Shown here: one piece after another, positions 1 to 14,100 of the stretch | Position numbering within the stretch: the stretch's first letter is position 1 | How the letters are laid out: each line of letters starts with the position of its first letter | NCBI GenBank assembly: GCA_977020255.1 | Contig: CDROCS010000014.1 | Location: forward strand, 248,001 to 312,000 | Direction: 5' to 3' | DNA: 64,000 bases | From: Obrimoposthia wandeli | Lineage: Eukaryota | Program-made: the position numbers and the translations under genes | Notes under the pieces: generated by a model | Told to the model about the DNA's origin: nothing | Database searches by the model: none | Seen by the model: the letters and a program-made list of their open reading frames with translations, nothing else

Positions 1-244
1 TACAGTTGGTAGCAGCACTTAAAATGGAGGCGAAGCATCGTTTTAGAGAGCGCAATTGATTGAGAATTACGGATATGGGGCAGTTTGGCGTAGATTATAT
101 TGGACACAGTTATGCAGTCCAATGAGGTCAGCGAATCCCCGTTTTCGGGTAGGAAGAGTGAGTTGCGCGGCGACGGGGTAGGAGTAACATCGTCAATGTC
201 GGTTACCAGCAAACCGTTGATATATTGCGAATTGTCAAGATTGT
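1..244 (-). CDS. MTSS1: Further MTSS1-like exon (NLDNSQYINGLLVTDIDDVTPTPSPRNSLFLPENGDSL...), open to the window edge
   Basis: gccag| acceptor at 245-246; the phase-1 frame has no stop down to position 1. The true exon end is not visible and may lie inside this span. Confidence 0.6.
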
Positions 245-806
245 CTGGCGCCCACCGATATTTGATGTTAATTTATTACTTACAATTGTAAGCAGTTAAA
301 ATATTGATAATTTACTGACAATTTTGTTAGTTTTTTACTGTATCCCAAATACTTATATTAGAAATTCAAATCGCCCGTAAATGAGCTTTGTTGTAAAAAT
401 AATGATGTTGCGAAAACTTTCATTTTTATATGGATTTATACTTAAAATTAAATAACTAAATAAAAATTGCATACAACCTAGCAAAATTAATGACAAATGT
501 AAAAACACTAAATCCATGCTCAAATAAATTTGACAAAAATGTAATTACATTCCATTACTTAAGATATCTGTGTTTTCTTGCCTATATTGATGTATTTCTT
601 CGATTCCTAGTTTCGACACCAAGAAACCAACCAATCTAGACAATATTTTTCAAAACATATCTAGATGGTAATCATGAGTGTTTTTGGAGTAATTAAATAC
701 TCGATTTATGCGAGGAATTTTTCTGATGAGCTAAGAAATGTTCACTATACTAATGATCTAGCATAGATCAAAGTTGTGCGGTATAGTGACAGCAGTAGAC
801 ACTCAC

Positions 807-1178
807 TGTCTCGCATCGGTACGGCATAGCGCTCTTTGTCGATGAGGGGCACCTCCGGCAATGTCATGCGGCGGATGCTGGGTGTCTTGGAGCCGGCTGG
901 GGACACAGAACTGTAGATAATGGATGAGTTGCTGTTGCCACTGATGTTGTTGTTTGTGACACCTGAGTTGGCAGCAGCGACGATGGTTGGGTGACTCTCC
1001 ATTTCACTGACGCCGCTGCCATAGACGCTGCCAGTGTTCATGGAGTACTTCCGTTGGGCCGCATTGGTCAGCTCCCGCAGATTCGTGTACACCGGAAGTG
1101 GGATGGCCTGATTGGGGTAGAGCTGCCGCGATTGGTCCACCTTGGTCAGAGAGGTATTCGATTGGTTCTGAGTCTTGG
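807..1178 (-). CDS. MTSS1: MTSS1-like exon (KTQNQSNTSL...PLPVYTNLRELTNAAQRKYS...RRMTLP...PMRD)
   Basis: cctcag| acceptor and |gtgagt donor; 372 nt, phase 1 to 1, in the frame of ORF 745..1140. Confidence 0.82.
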
Positions 1179-1899
1179 CTGAGGAAGGAAAGAAGGAGGT
1201 TTTATTTTGAGGAACATAAATTTTATAAAATGTTAAGTTTGATATTCAATTAGTCGAACTCGAAGACAAATAAAGAATACTCGTCAAACTTAAGCATGCA
1301 GGATTTATATTCGTCATAGTGACGTTGTAATTAGCTACATGAATCAAAAGTTGAAAGTTCAGCTACAGTAGCATTCACTTTGTAGTCGAAGCTTTGCATA
1401 ACAACAGCTAAAGCTTTAAACTTGTGCTTCCTTTATTTTCATTTGTTGATGTAAATGAAAATGAACTAAATAAACCGTTTGCTTTGAAAATGAATATCAG
1501 CTTTTTCATGAATTTTAGAAATTATGACTGAGTTTAATCATGTACCAAAGCAAAAAATATAGTAGGAAAACTAAAACTAAATGAAATTTACGAGTACATC
1601 ATTGTTTTAAAAATTTATCAAGTTTTAATTTTTTACATGACATCTTTTCTTATTTTCCAATTATCATTTATATCTCAAGATTTCTTTAATTATAAACTTT
1701 AACAAAATCATCACTAATATTTTCGATAAATTTCATATTTTTTATTTAAACAGTTTCTAAAATTGTTAGTAGTTTAGTAGACATTATTTTTAGCTTTCAT
1801 TACATCTGAAATCTAATGAACAGTTGTGATGGGAGCTTATTTTCATTCAAATGTACTATTCATACTAGTCAGCAGCAGAAATCTAGCACATACACTCAC

Positions 1900-2314
1900 T
1901 CGGCGGGTCAAAAAGACTCGGTGTTATGGGTTGTCGCGCGTGCTCGCGCACTCCGCTGATTGTGTGTCGGAACATCTGGCCCGTGTCGGCGTGCTGTGTC
2001 AGTTTTTCACTCCACAACGACACAGTGGGACTGCTTGGCGTCTTAGCCTCCTCGTCATCCTCCTCATCTTCCTCTTCGTCATCTTCTTCATCATCGTCAT
2101 CTTCGTCATCGTCATCATCTTCCCTCTTTTTGCTGTGTCCTGGCGGTTTGGACTGTCTGATATCATCGTCAGACACTCGGTAGTCGCCACTGTATCCACT
2201 TGCCTCCTGACCAGAGGAGTTCATTGACAAGTGACTGGCTCCCAGACCGGTTGTCGTATCTGTGGTCGGAGCAGTTTCTCCGGCATTTGGCTGCGCTTCT
2301 CCACTTCCGTTGCG
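1900..2314 (-). CDS. MTSS1: MTSS1-like exon (RNGSGEAQ...SSGQEASGYSG...poly-Asp/Glu...FDPP)
   Basis: tgtag| acceptor and |gtgagt donor; 415 nt, phase 0 to 1. SGYS motif as in MTSS1 CSSGYS; frame consistent with neighbouring exons. Confidence 0.82.
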
Positions 2315-3354
2315 CTACAATAGGTTACTACTCATTACAGTCAGTAGCACAAATGAAACTCAGGTTATTTGTCATTAGAGTAAGAAATTATTAATTTTGT
2401 CAAAACATATCCGCTTGTAATACATATTTAGCAGTTACTTTGAAAATCTATCAAAAATATTAAAATTACAATAACCGACAAAATAGCAGTTCAAACTATT
2501 TCCACCAAGATAAATTTAAAACCCATTCAAAATAAATATTCAGTCATTATCCTTTTGTAATATTTTTAGATATCGTCTTAGCTGGACAAAACGGAATACA
2601 AATAGTCAATTAAAAGGTAACGGTAAGCATACAAAACAATTTTCTGTTAAAAAAATGAATTTATGACTTATATATTTAAAATATTTAGTCAATATTGATG
2701 CATGAAGAATCATGTTAGTAGAATTACTAAAGTATAATCAAAAGATTGAATCGGGTATTTACGCTATAATTGTGATTGTCTATCAAATAGTTCATATAAA
2801 TTTTAATTTGGATTGTTCAGGAACTATATCATATGTATTATCATTAAGCTATAAAGAGCATAAAACCATTACAATTGCATAAATATTGTATGAAAGAAAG
2901 GTACATGTTGCTACTGAATTGTAGATTGGCGTATATGATGATGATGGGTCTTATGTAGACTGTCGGTGATATGTAACATAATTCCCAGTCAAGCATCAAA
3001 CCGTAGACAAAATAAACACAAGCAGGTAGCGTTTCAGCACACAGCACACGACTAATAAATGCACTTAATGATGCAGGGGGTGATGGTACAGTGCCTGAAA
3101 TAAATTACCATAATCTCAGTGAAAATATTGACATAAAATCGCTGGAGTCGGTGCGAATATTGCGCTCTGTTGTTGTAGGAGAGCCAAGTTAGTTGGATTA
3201 GCATAAACAAAAGCCAGTTTAAAAGATTGATCGACACACAGTCTACTTAGTGTCATGAGTAGCTGGATTCTGCTTAAAAATAGTCAAGATAAGCGAGGCC
3301 ACTGCAAATAAAGAAGCACTGGCTGTAGCAGCAGCGACGGCAGCCGATTCATAC

Positions 3355-3711
3355 TTGCTGGTCAAAAAGCTGCTTGTAGAAGAGATCGAGCCGACTCATA
3401 GAGTCGTAGGTGTTAGTGGCAGCGGAGGGGTGTGAGTTGTCGTAGAAGAATTTGTGGGTCAGCGGCAATTGGTAATCCGTGGGAGGTGTGGAGTAAGCCG
3501 TGTGAGACGAGAGGATGAGAGAGTGGTTGGAACCAACCCGCACAGGTGTAGGGGGTTTGTGGCGCAACTTGGGGTAGTTGAGAGTGAAGTACTTGTTATG
3601 GGCGACGCTGGGATCGGCGTTCAGTAGGCTGGGAGACTTGGTTAGAGTACTGTCGCGGCGTAGAGGCTTCGAGATAGATGAAGGGTAAGTGAATGAGGGG
3701 ATCACGGCACG
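3355..3711 (-). CDS. MTSS1: Probable MTSS1-like exon 7 (RAVIPSFTYP...HKPPTPVRV...FYKQLFDQQ); internal or alternative terminal exon
   Basis: GC-rich open frame, 357 nt, phase 0 to 0 if the weak ctgaag| acceptor and the caa|gtatga donor are used. Contains a Pro-rich KPPTPVR motif. Acceptor position is uncertain. Confidence 0.55.
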
Positions 3712-6700
3712 CTTCAGAGGAGCCCAAAATACAGGGAACACGAGATCACAACCCCACATTTCAATCAATTAGAGAAAAATAGTAAAATATTTTTGATGTT
3801 GTTTAACTAACACTTCAAATTAGGTAGCATCAATATCATATTTATAAGCATGCAAAAACATGACAGGTATATAAGAAAATACTTGCCATTCTTATAATCA
3901 TGCAACTAATTGGACCACGAAACATCTAAAAGAACCTTCGTTATCAAAAATAACATACGAGTGAAATTTATAGCATATGAAGCTTTTAATTTTCTAAGAA
4001 GTTTGTATATTTCCAATTAACTTTGTACATTGTGGAATTTAAAAAATATTTAATCAAAATTTGTTTAACAAACCTACTTTAATTAAATTGTAATATAGAT
4101 TTAAAATTGATAAATTGATAAATACTTGGATTTTTAAAATGGAATACAATAATATGTAAAGATATTTCATTGTAAGTATAAATTTCTTAGTAAAATATAT
4201 TTAGAAAAATAAAAGAAATGCCGTAAAAGCTAATATTCAATAAATTTAAAACCAATTATATTTTATTTTTCCTTAAAAAATTAATTCACACAGTGAAATA
4301 TTTATTTCAGTCAATAAATGTATGACTGTAAAGTTGAAATCTAAAATAATTCATATCATAAAAATATATAGATCCTTTGTTTGATCTGCTTCATCATAAA
4401 TAATACTTCTAAAACCGCATTAATCTATAAAAACATAATATCGCCAGCCTCACTCTCAGCTTTTATAAGACTTGGCTTGGCAACACAGTCAATCCTCTGG
4501 TCAGGCCCAACTGCTAATTGCAGTGGTTACTAGGCCATAATCACATGGGAATTGGCCTGTTAATCCAGTTCCTCCATCCTTTATCATTAAAAATTTGGTG
4601 CAGAAAGGTCACATCAAATTTAAAGGTTACTCTTTCTAAATCGTTCATTTTAAATGATCTTGATATTTTTAATAACTTTAATAAACTTTAAATTCTTCTT
4701 ATTAACTTCTATGATATGATATATATGATTGGACCTTCCATATCGGTAAAGTGCATCTGCACAAAAAGTATTGATTATATTATAAATTGGAGTTTAACCA
4801 TTTCCTAAAATAGAATATAACAAAAATTTTAATCCTATTTTTGCATTTATCATATTAAATACATCAATATATCTTTAAAATTAGACTTGTAGAGCTTTAG
4901 ATAATATTTAATTAATGAAAAATTCAATGGTATTTTTTTGAAACTTTTATAGTAAGTTATTTTAAATATTAATTATGTTAAACTAATGCAGGGTCAAATA
5001 TTTTAAATAATGCACAAGGGTATGAAGTATATAAAAAGTCTTAGAAAAATATAGGTTTAAAATGATATAAATTTCCCTTGAGTCTGTAATTTCTGATACG
5101 CTAAACTATTTTCAGAAACAATCACAAAGTAACCAGTTTAAAAAAATTAAAAACGTGAAAAATGTCCACCAAACATTGTGAAATAGTGAAATAAATAAAC
5201 AGTGGGTGAATATTTAAAGTATATATTTAACAATCACTAATTTATTTCGTACTTTAAAATTATATATCTTGTGGTAAAGTTAAATTTGAGTAAATTTTCA
5301 AAATCCTTGGTTATTTCGATTTTTATAAATTGTCATATGAAGAAACAGTAAACATGCAACACCTTGATAAGTACCAACTCAGAAGGATGCAGTGACCTGA
5401 AAATCCTTAGAAATGGCTAAATTTTCCATAGTGTCTGAAAAAGTTAAAACAAAAATGGGCAGATAGATTAATTTATACCCTAAGTATGTTCAACTTATCA
5501 GTGTATTTCTTGTTGAAATATACATGAACTCTTGATAAATTTAAAATTCATGTACATTTTATTTAATTTTAACTTCAAAACAAAAAAAATAAATAAGGAA
5601 TTCATTTATAAAGCTAATTAAAAGTTTGAAAAAACGCAGACGAAATTATTAAATCATCAAAAACAGTTATGTTATATCAGCATTTAAGGATAAAAGTTAT
5701 TGTATAAAGAATTTTAAAAAAATGCTTATATATTGATTATATACAAGGCATCCAAAAATATATTGAATAAAAATAATTTTAATAAGAAAGTGTTTTTTAA
5801 ATTAAGAAGTGGAATTTATAGTCGATCAAGAATTTCATGTTAATTAAATAGGTTTAGTCACATACTACTTTTATTTTTAATTTATATAACCTAAATACGA
5901 TTTGATATGCCTTAACCTTGACTTGCAAAATATGTGTTTTCTGGCGTAAATTCAAACCTATATTTTGGCTGAATTCCTTTTGTACGTTTTGAGATTTCTT
6001 GGCTGGCCGAAAAATTTTCCCTAGGCTTCATTTTAAGCTGTTTTAAAAAACCCGGTACAGTAAATCGAATAAATATAGCAGCAATGAGAAAAATGGAACT
6101 ATGGTCAACTGAATCGCCAGACATCACAGTGGTGACTCATCAGCCCAGCAACACATCCGCATATACACCTAACCCAGAGAGAAGCCCCTGCACTGTGATG
6201 TTGCATACACTCAGTCTTCCCTACCTTTAACTGCGATGCTTATTAAAGTACATAGTACATAGATTCGCTAGCTTTACTAATGGACAATTGTTTATCTAGT
6301 AGACTGTTTATTTCCTCCTATGGCGAGTTTCAGATTCTTTCTAATCCACATGTAAACATCCGTTGCACAATGTTGATGCTATATATGAATATAAGATAAC
6401 ACACTCTAGCTTATGTAGTTATTTTGCATAAATTAGAAATTAATCAAAGAAAAATCTCTATTGTAGTGTAGAGTTTGTTTACTATAACGGCGATATCTCA
6501 GCAATTATAAAGCAATAGTCATAGGCGAAGTCTGAAGTCAGAAACCACTGCACTTAAAATACGTGTATTTTTATTTTTAAATTTCTACTGTTTTGCGCAA
6601 GACCAAATCTATCATCAGTCAATTATAAATTATATTAATAAATAAATTGACATTTACATATCTGAGCTTCTAGAATGATATATGTTGGTTTGTTGGACGC

Positions 6701-8563
6701 TATGAAAAACCTGCATTGACTTCATTCAGACACTGTATGTGTGCTGAAAAGGTTGCGCAATCTGGATATGATTCTGTGTCACGCCATATTCATATACGTT
6801 ACCCATTTTCAATCAGAGAAATTAAGAAACCTTATCAAACTTTATACCCTAAAATTTAGGAATATCACATGACCTTTTATCGTTTGGTATAATATTTTCA
6901 ATATCCTATTTTATAAAATTCCATGTATCAAATTTAGATTCATCTAAGTTAATAAATGTGATTTTTTTTTAAATTTTGAACTAATAAATGATATCCTAAA
7001 AATTGAGTTCTGTCTAACTTTAAATGCATTGCTAAAATATTATGTGATATTCATAAATGCTAACAGTAGAAATGCCAAGAAACCACAGAAAACCTTATAT
7101 GGAAATATTAATTTATGGGAGCAGTTATTTCCATTTTATTTAATCTGGCATTGTCTTATTTGATGAGTTTCACCAAATTAAATCGGACTTCGGTTAGATA
7201 TAGGAGTTTCTGGATAACACATATCTTTAAAACGACACAATTTTGTCACAAGCTCCGAAAGAAAGTCTCGTCGCGTATCGATGATGCCATCGGTTCTTGA
7301 TAAATTACCCGTACATTTATAATGCCATATCAATGATATTAATTTATTTCTAGTTTCACAACAACAAAAATAAGAGGTATGTTTTTAGCTACCAGAATAA
7401 CTTGAGCCAATTGATGGTCAATAAGCGTTTCTAAACGATAGATTTATATATTATGGGTTGGATCATCTATTTCACCATGAATAATGGTATATTTTTGAGA
7501 ATTCCTTAACATAGGCTGGTCAAAAACCATTTGCAAAGCTCTAAAAGGTGATTTTGTTCGATGAGTAGCAAATATTGTAGGACCTGGTTTTACCGTAAAA
7601 ACAGTTATTTGGTATGATTGACTGTAATTTTCTATATAAACCAAAGTGTCTAAATGAAGTCAGTGTAGTTTTTAAACTGAAATTTAACTAAAGTTATACA
7701 CATTAAACTTAAAAAAATCACCATAAAAATATATGTATTACAATTTATGCATGTTCAAGATATTAATCCTACCTAAATAATTCGGCGTTAATTAAGTTTA
7801 GAAACCTACACTGACTTTATTCACACACTGTAATTTTGCTAGAAAACCACATACATATAAATGAAGATACATTTCTTTATTAATTAAAATAAATGTCAAT
7901 AGAATTGGTCTGGCGCAGAACAGTAAATTCGTTTGAAATAAAATCTGGAAGTGTAGTGATTTTCTAACTTCAGAGCTCATATGCGCAGTATTTGAATGAG
8001 GAATACACTGTCCGATGAATACTTTGTCAGCATTCTTATTTAGAGATGGACATACAGTATTAATATATGATCATTGATCAAAGTCTGTGGTTTAAGTTGT
8101 ATATCGGAGGGATCCCCGGTTCTACACCGTGAATGCTTCACTGTGTAGCAGGTTTTCATTTTTCGAATTGAGAAAAAAACTTTCAATGTTCAAGAATAGT
8201 GTCTTTAAACATTAATTTTGAATCAGAAATCATTTTGAATGCAATATAGTACATATGTAACGTTATTGGCCTAATTGGGAAATGTTCGCAATATAATATC
8301 AGTCTACAATAACGAGCTACTAGATGATTCAATTAATCTTTCACTCTTTAATGCATAATATTTGTTTGCTTTGACACTTTTTATCGTCTGTCAAAGACAG
8401 CAGTACCGAAGGACTAACATGTCACTGGATATTATATTACCAGCGAAGGATGTGGTTTAGTTATAGTTAGTATAGCAACCATAACTCAGTATAGTTGTGA
8501 TGGAAGATATAATAGCACTTGTTAATACTTGGGATGTGTGAAGTAGTACAATAGACGACTCAC

Positions 8564-8914
8564 CGGAGCAATTGAAGGCGCGCCACCGCTGCTGGAGGCC
8601 AGTGACGACGAGTGGTGACTGTTGAGCGACGCCACACTGGACTTGCGACTGCTGCTGCCGCCAAATCCGCTGGAGAAGTGAGTGCTGAGGTCGCAGTTGG
8701 CGGCAGCGGCAGCGGCGGCAGCAGCCGCAGCGACTGCAGCGGCAGACATATTCCCTGCCGCCGTCGAGGTCATCTCAAGGTCGGGATCCATGATCTGCTG
8801 GATAACTTGCTCTGATTCCACAGGCAATCGGTCGGGCGAGGCCGTGCTCAGTGACAGCGACTTTACCAGCTCGTTGAGGCTCGCCATGTCCTCCACCAAG
8901 CTGATCTCGCAATC
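8564..8914 (-). CDS. MTSS1: MTSS1-like coding exon 6 (DCEISLVEDMASLNEL...PDRLPVESEQVIQQI...poly-Ala...SSRKSSVASLNS)
   Basis: tacag| acceptor and |gtgagt donor; 351 nt, phase 0 to 0. End of the IMD (PHKLPSSSEQVI equivalent) and the conserved SRKSSV-S-NS motif. Confidence 0.92.
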
Positions 8915-11006
8915 CTGTAATCGGGCATTCGTACTTCATATAATTGTCAATAGTCAGAAATAAGTAATTTTGCCATATTACATTTCACTTATTAATAAAT
9001 AACACTTTTAATTAACAGAATAATAATCCACTCCCTACCAACATTATATGTTTTTTCCAATCAAAAAGTGTAATAAACCTAAACTACGGCACTAGTAATT
9101 ATTTGAATTTTTCAAGAAAAAAACAATTATTCACGCAGTGGTCGCTGAAACAATAATTTAAATTTATTGTACAAATTTGAGACTAAATGCTACAAAACTA
9201 TGCATAACTAATTTTAACAATTGTTTAATTATATTAATACAATTATTTGTTTTGTATTGCAAATAATTTGGCTGCTCGTTGTCTGGAAATTTGAATTTTT
9301 AAAATGCACAATAATATTTTAAATTAAAAAATATTCTTTTTTAAGATAACACATAATAACTGAATTATTTCAACAACTAAATCTTTATTAATTACATGAA
9401 GTGTTTACGTTTGTTAAAATGCATTTTTTTTGGTCGTTTAAAAGGGTTAAACATTTGTTGATAAATATTAAATCAAATTAATCTATATGAATTAGTTTGT
9501 TATCACAGCTGCGTCAGGAATTCAAAGGATCAAAGCTACTAATGATTTATTTAATTGATATGAACAAACAAAATTAGTGGAGATATGAAAAAATTTTAAA
9601 TTAACTTTTCTTAAAGAGCACCGCACCAATATGAACTATTTTTGTTAATAATTTTATGTTATAAATATCAAATCCATCTGTGATAATCAGTTAATAAGGT
9701 TCTTATTTGAAACATACATATTTTTAAACAAATATGCATTGAATAGACTAACAAAAAACTAAATTAATATTATAATTTAATGAATTTTGACAGTCCTCGT
9801 TTACACAACTAGTTTATCTGTATTTGTTAATCTCTGAGTATGTTTTGCAGCTTTGATAGAATAAGTTTAAATGTTGAGAAGGACAGCTTTTAAGAATCTG
9901 AACTGGCTGGCATGAAGAAATAGTTTGCGTTAGTTACAAAATTCAGGTGATATAATATCATTAGGATTTGAAGTGTTCTTCTAAAATATTCAACACCATT
10001 TAGCTGTTAGATATCGACTATATCAAAAGACTGATCATCGCTGACAACCAAGTTGTAGTTGAAAAAGAAAGAGCCTTGCAGCAAAGATCAGATCAGTCAA
10101 GTTAGACACCCACTTCTCCTCCAACCAATTATCCGCCCCCCGTAGCCAACCTCATACTGCAACTGTCGTCACACTCACAGCAAAACCCGTCTCAATCGAT
10201 TTTCCTACTCTCCCTCTCTCTCCCAGACCAGCTGGTCTTCTCGCTCCCTTTTCTGTTGGTGATGGACTATTGTGGAAATTAATTCCATTAAATGAAGACG
10301 GTGGTTGCTAAGTCGTCTTCTGATTTGAATATTGTCTAGTTCTAATCGCCATTCAAGTGTGGTCCCATATGGAGTTGCTGTTTCTATTTTTGGGTCTTCT
10401 CCGAGGGCGAGATTGTTGGGTTATGAGTGTGTAAATGTTTTTTAAGGTTACTATGGTTATACCGCACCCTAGCAATGGACACAACAGGTCATATGAACCA
10501 ACAGTTTCAAATTATTCATTACTATCTTTGAATTGAATTTGAATTGAGTCATTTCCTTTCGATTATTCAGAATGATTATGTGATCTTCGCTGTAATTTAA
10601 GCATTCTCTTCTTCGGCAGTAAAATTTCACAGCAAAAATTGAACGAATCAAAGAGCTTTCCACTTTGATATGTCTAATTAAAAAAAATATTATTTTAACT
10701 TAAAATAATACTCTGAAACTTTGAAAAATCATCACAATTTAGTCAAAAATAAATAATATATACAAATTTTGATTATGATGTGATTTTTAAACATTTTTCA
10801 ATAAAACCCATAATCGAATTAAAAATATTTATATGTTTATTAATTCGAATATAATTCTTTCTACTAATTTGCAATAACAAAATATCCTTCAATACAACAA
10901 ATTATTAACAATTGATTTCAAAATATTTCCAGACAAAAACAGTGTTTTATTAAATTAACAATAAATAATTATGATATTTAGAAAAACATCTAACAACATG
11001 ACTCAC

Positions 11007-11189
11007 CAGGACCGGTTTCATGCAGCTGAAGAGGAAGCAAAATCTCTGTCGCTCGTGGGTCATCACTCGACGAAGACTCAGGGACTCCACATACTGTAGA
11101 CTGGCAAATTTGTCAGCCTGGTCCTTCAGGGCACCCTCCACCTCGTTCTGAAGGGATCCCAGGCCACGCATGCTGCCTCGCTTGAGCGC
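11007..11189 (-). CDS. MTSS1: MTSS1-like coding exon 5 (ALKRGSMRGLGSLQNEVEGALKDQADKF...ERQRFCFLFSCMKPVL)
   Basis: tttag| acceptor and |gtgagt donor; 183 nt, phase 0 to 0. Matches QLDSALQDVNDKY...EERGRFCTFISMLRPVI. Confidence 0.92.
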
Positions 11190-14100
11190 CTAAATTGGAC
11201 CGGAACAGACACATACATAAGCAAAACTAAGATAATACAGTAGGTTTGCAAAAATTGAAACATTTCAAATAAAAGTTGTAGAAAAAAGCCTAGAAAGATA
11301 CAACAAAATCTACTACAAGTTTATGGTGCTCGAGTATTATTCGCTGAGTGAGTCTTAGAAAACTTAGACTTCAGCAATATCCTGTGGACCGACGAAGAAC
11401 AGGTGAAATTCCATCTCTGTAAAGCATTTAGTTCGATACATCATTGATGTTTGTGGCAGAAAGTTCTTCTACAATTCATTATTTCATATTATTTAAAACT
11501 CATTTTCCCAAAAGACATTTTGAAGTCAATCTGAATTATATTTAATTGCTATTCTTAATTAAATAGAAAAACAGATTTAAGCATTTATGATTTACAGCTG
11601 AAAAAGAAAAAATGATATAAAAATTCAAACATAAAGTCGCTATGTTATTAACAAGGGGAAATATCTTGGGTGATAATTTTAAACAACCATGTACATATCA
11701 ATCGATAGATAATTAAATTTTAAACATATGTTTCAAGATTATAAGCTTTATGATACAATTATTTAGATAATGTTCATTTTATATGTTACACAGATATAAA
11801 ATTAAATATATAAAAAAGTTGACAAAATCATATGAAACCATATTTCAATTTTGGATTACTAATTACTAGATACCAGATTAATATGCTCAACATCAAAGAT
11901 GATTTAAATGTTCAAATAAAAAGCTTTATATGCTTATCCTAATTTTATGATGTAAAATGAAATGAATCCATAATATATATTTATTTAAAAAACACAATAC
12001 TTCACAAGTAGTCATTTAAAACAAGGAAGTCAAAAAAGTTTATTAATTTTAAAAATAACTGTTTTAAATGTTGCTTTCATTGTAGGACATATGACAGACA
12101 CGTACATTGATTTTACGATGTACGGCGCTGTATATGAAAAAATAAGGTGTATGTTATTAAACTGAATATTGGTAGCATAGAGTTTGTGAAGACTGTGATG
12201 CGCATTTACATGCACATATGCAATATAATTTGTTTTTTTCCATCTTTAAAAATTCAAATTTAAATATTATTTTTTTACAATTTTGGGCCTTAGGTATTTT
12301 TAGATATATTAAAATTAAGAAATGTAAATGGCTTAACAAACTAATGCAAACTAAATCCAGTCTATACTAATTACTAATTCATTCAATTATAACTAAATTT
12401 AAAAGAACTTTATTTCAGCGAACTTTGAATACATTTATTATGCAAGTTTCTGCTTTATAAAACATATTAAGAAGAATACATTTGTTTCCATGTGAAGTAA
12501 AATATTCTTTACTTATAAAACCAATATCAATGAAATTAGGCGTTATAACTAAGGTATATGCCCTTGTAAATATAAAATAACAATTACCAGACACAAATTT
12601 ACAGCCGTAATAAGAATATTTATTGATTGAAAATGTTTCATATGATTGTCCAGGAATGATAATTCCATTGTGGCTCCAGAGATGACAAGAAGACAATTTG
12701 GACAAGCTCATCCATGACAAATTTAGTGTTAGAAGTAAACCGAAACATACAGGGAAGGTGTTTCAGATGATTATTATGAATAAGTCCATGAGCCGCCAAC
12801 AGCTAAAATACGACTGAATTACTCAGTTAGAATGTGGTATTTGGGTCTTGAAATGTCCATCAAATCAAACGACCCTGAAAATTTGATATATTTGTATTTT
12901 TATATTGGCAACAAATAAATGATGCCGATTAATAAGCACCGTCTTGATTATTCGGTAACTTTGGTTCTCTCCATTGAGGAATCCAAAAATAGGCACTGTA
13001 TCATACCATACATTTTAAACATTTCGTTAAATCTATCCGTTCTAGTGCCAAAAATCATAAATGAACGAGTTTCGCAATCATTCTACTTTTTCTTTTCCGT
13101 AAAAAACAGTTTCATCAGCGATATTTTTGATATTTTATTCCAAGCTCATCAGAGTCAACTCACAACTTTACTATATTTTTTTTTATCAAAACCCAAATGA
13201 ATTTCAGGGTTGCCATGGAGAAAAAGATAGCCGACATCGTATGATTGGCATGGTTTTTCTAACTGTGAAGATGCATGCAGATAACTTTCTGCTTAGTTAA
13301 ATAGGGAAGCACCGCCAATCTGTGATGGGGTGAGTTTTCGAAAGATTGTCAGTTCAGCTAAGACCAACGATGGAAGATTATCAAGAAAAAATGTTTACGC
13401 GTTTGGAGATTGTTTCATTACATCGCTGAAAATAAGAGAAAATCCACACATTCAAGTGTACAAAAGTTGAAGTATATAGCACTCATTGGTTTGGTAAAAT
13501 ATAAAAATGAAACAAATCATAGCAGAGTTGAGGACTGTTTTAGATATTTCACTGACCAAAGTTTATATTAACACATTTGCAATTAAATTAATGAGTCGAT
13601 TTTTGAAATTAAAAAAATGTGCACCTGAATTTAAGGGATTAATAGAATACGTTCACAGTGTAGCACGAATTACTTACAACTGATGCACATATTGTTTCCG
13701 ACATGAACATTTTCCCGTAATCGGATCATATTCTAGTTTAGGAGAAACCCCGTGAAACAAATCACTAGTGAAGCGTTCAATTGGGAAATGGTAATTATTT
13801 CGTCAGCTACTAAATTATAATGATAACGATGCTTTAGTGAGCAATGTTCGATTAAATTACAACAGTTTTTGTGTGCACTGCTTAGTCTACGGTAGCAGTC
13901 TAAATTTGTCAAGAAAGCTACTATTATGTCCGTAAGTAGAGAAACGTACTTTTTGCATGATCTGTGAAGCTTCCACTCCATTTTTGAAAACTGATAGTAG
14001 AATGGGTGTATGATTTGACACCTTCCATCCGAATGACCTAATTCCGCCAGGCGTAAGTGTTGTGTGGTTGCCAGTTAGACCTCACTCAACAATGACTCAG

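Noticed and set aside
1826-2227. Plus-strand and alternative-frame ORFs with poly-Ser or hydrophobic runs (1826..2227, 1926..2183, 1999..2199)
   Set aside because: Shadows of the Asp/Glu-rich MTSS1-like exon.
8612-8963. Plus-strand ORFs with poly-Ala
   Set aside because: Antisense frames of MTSS1-like exon 6 (GCN repeats stay open on both strands).
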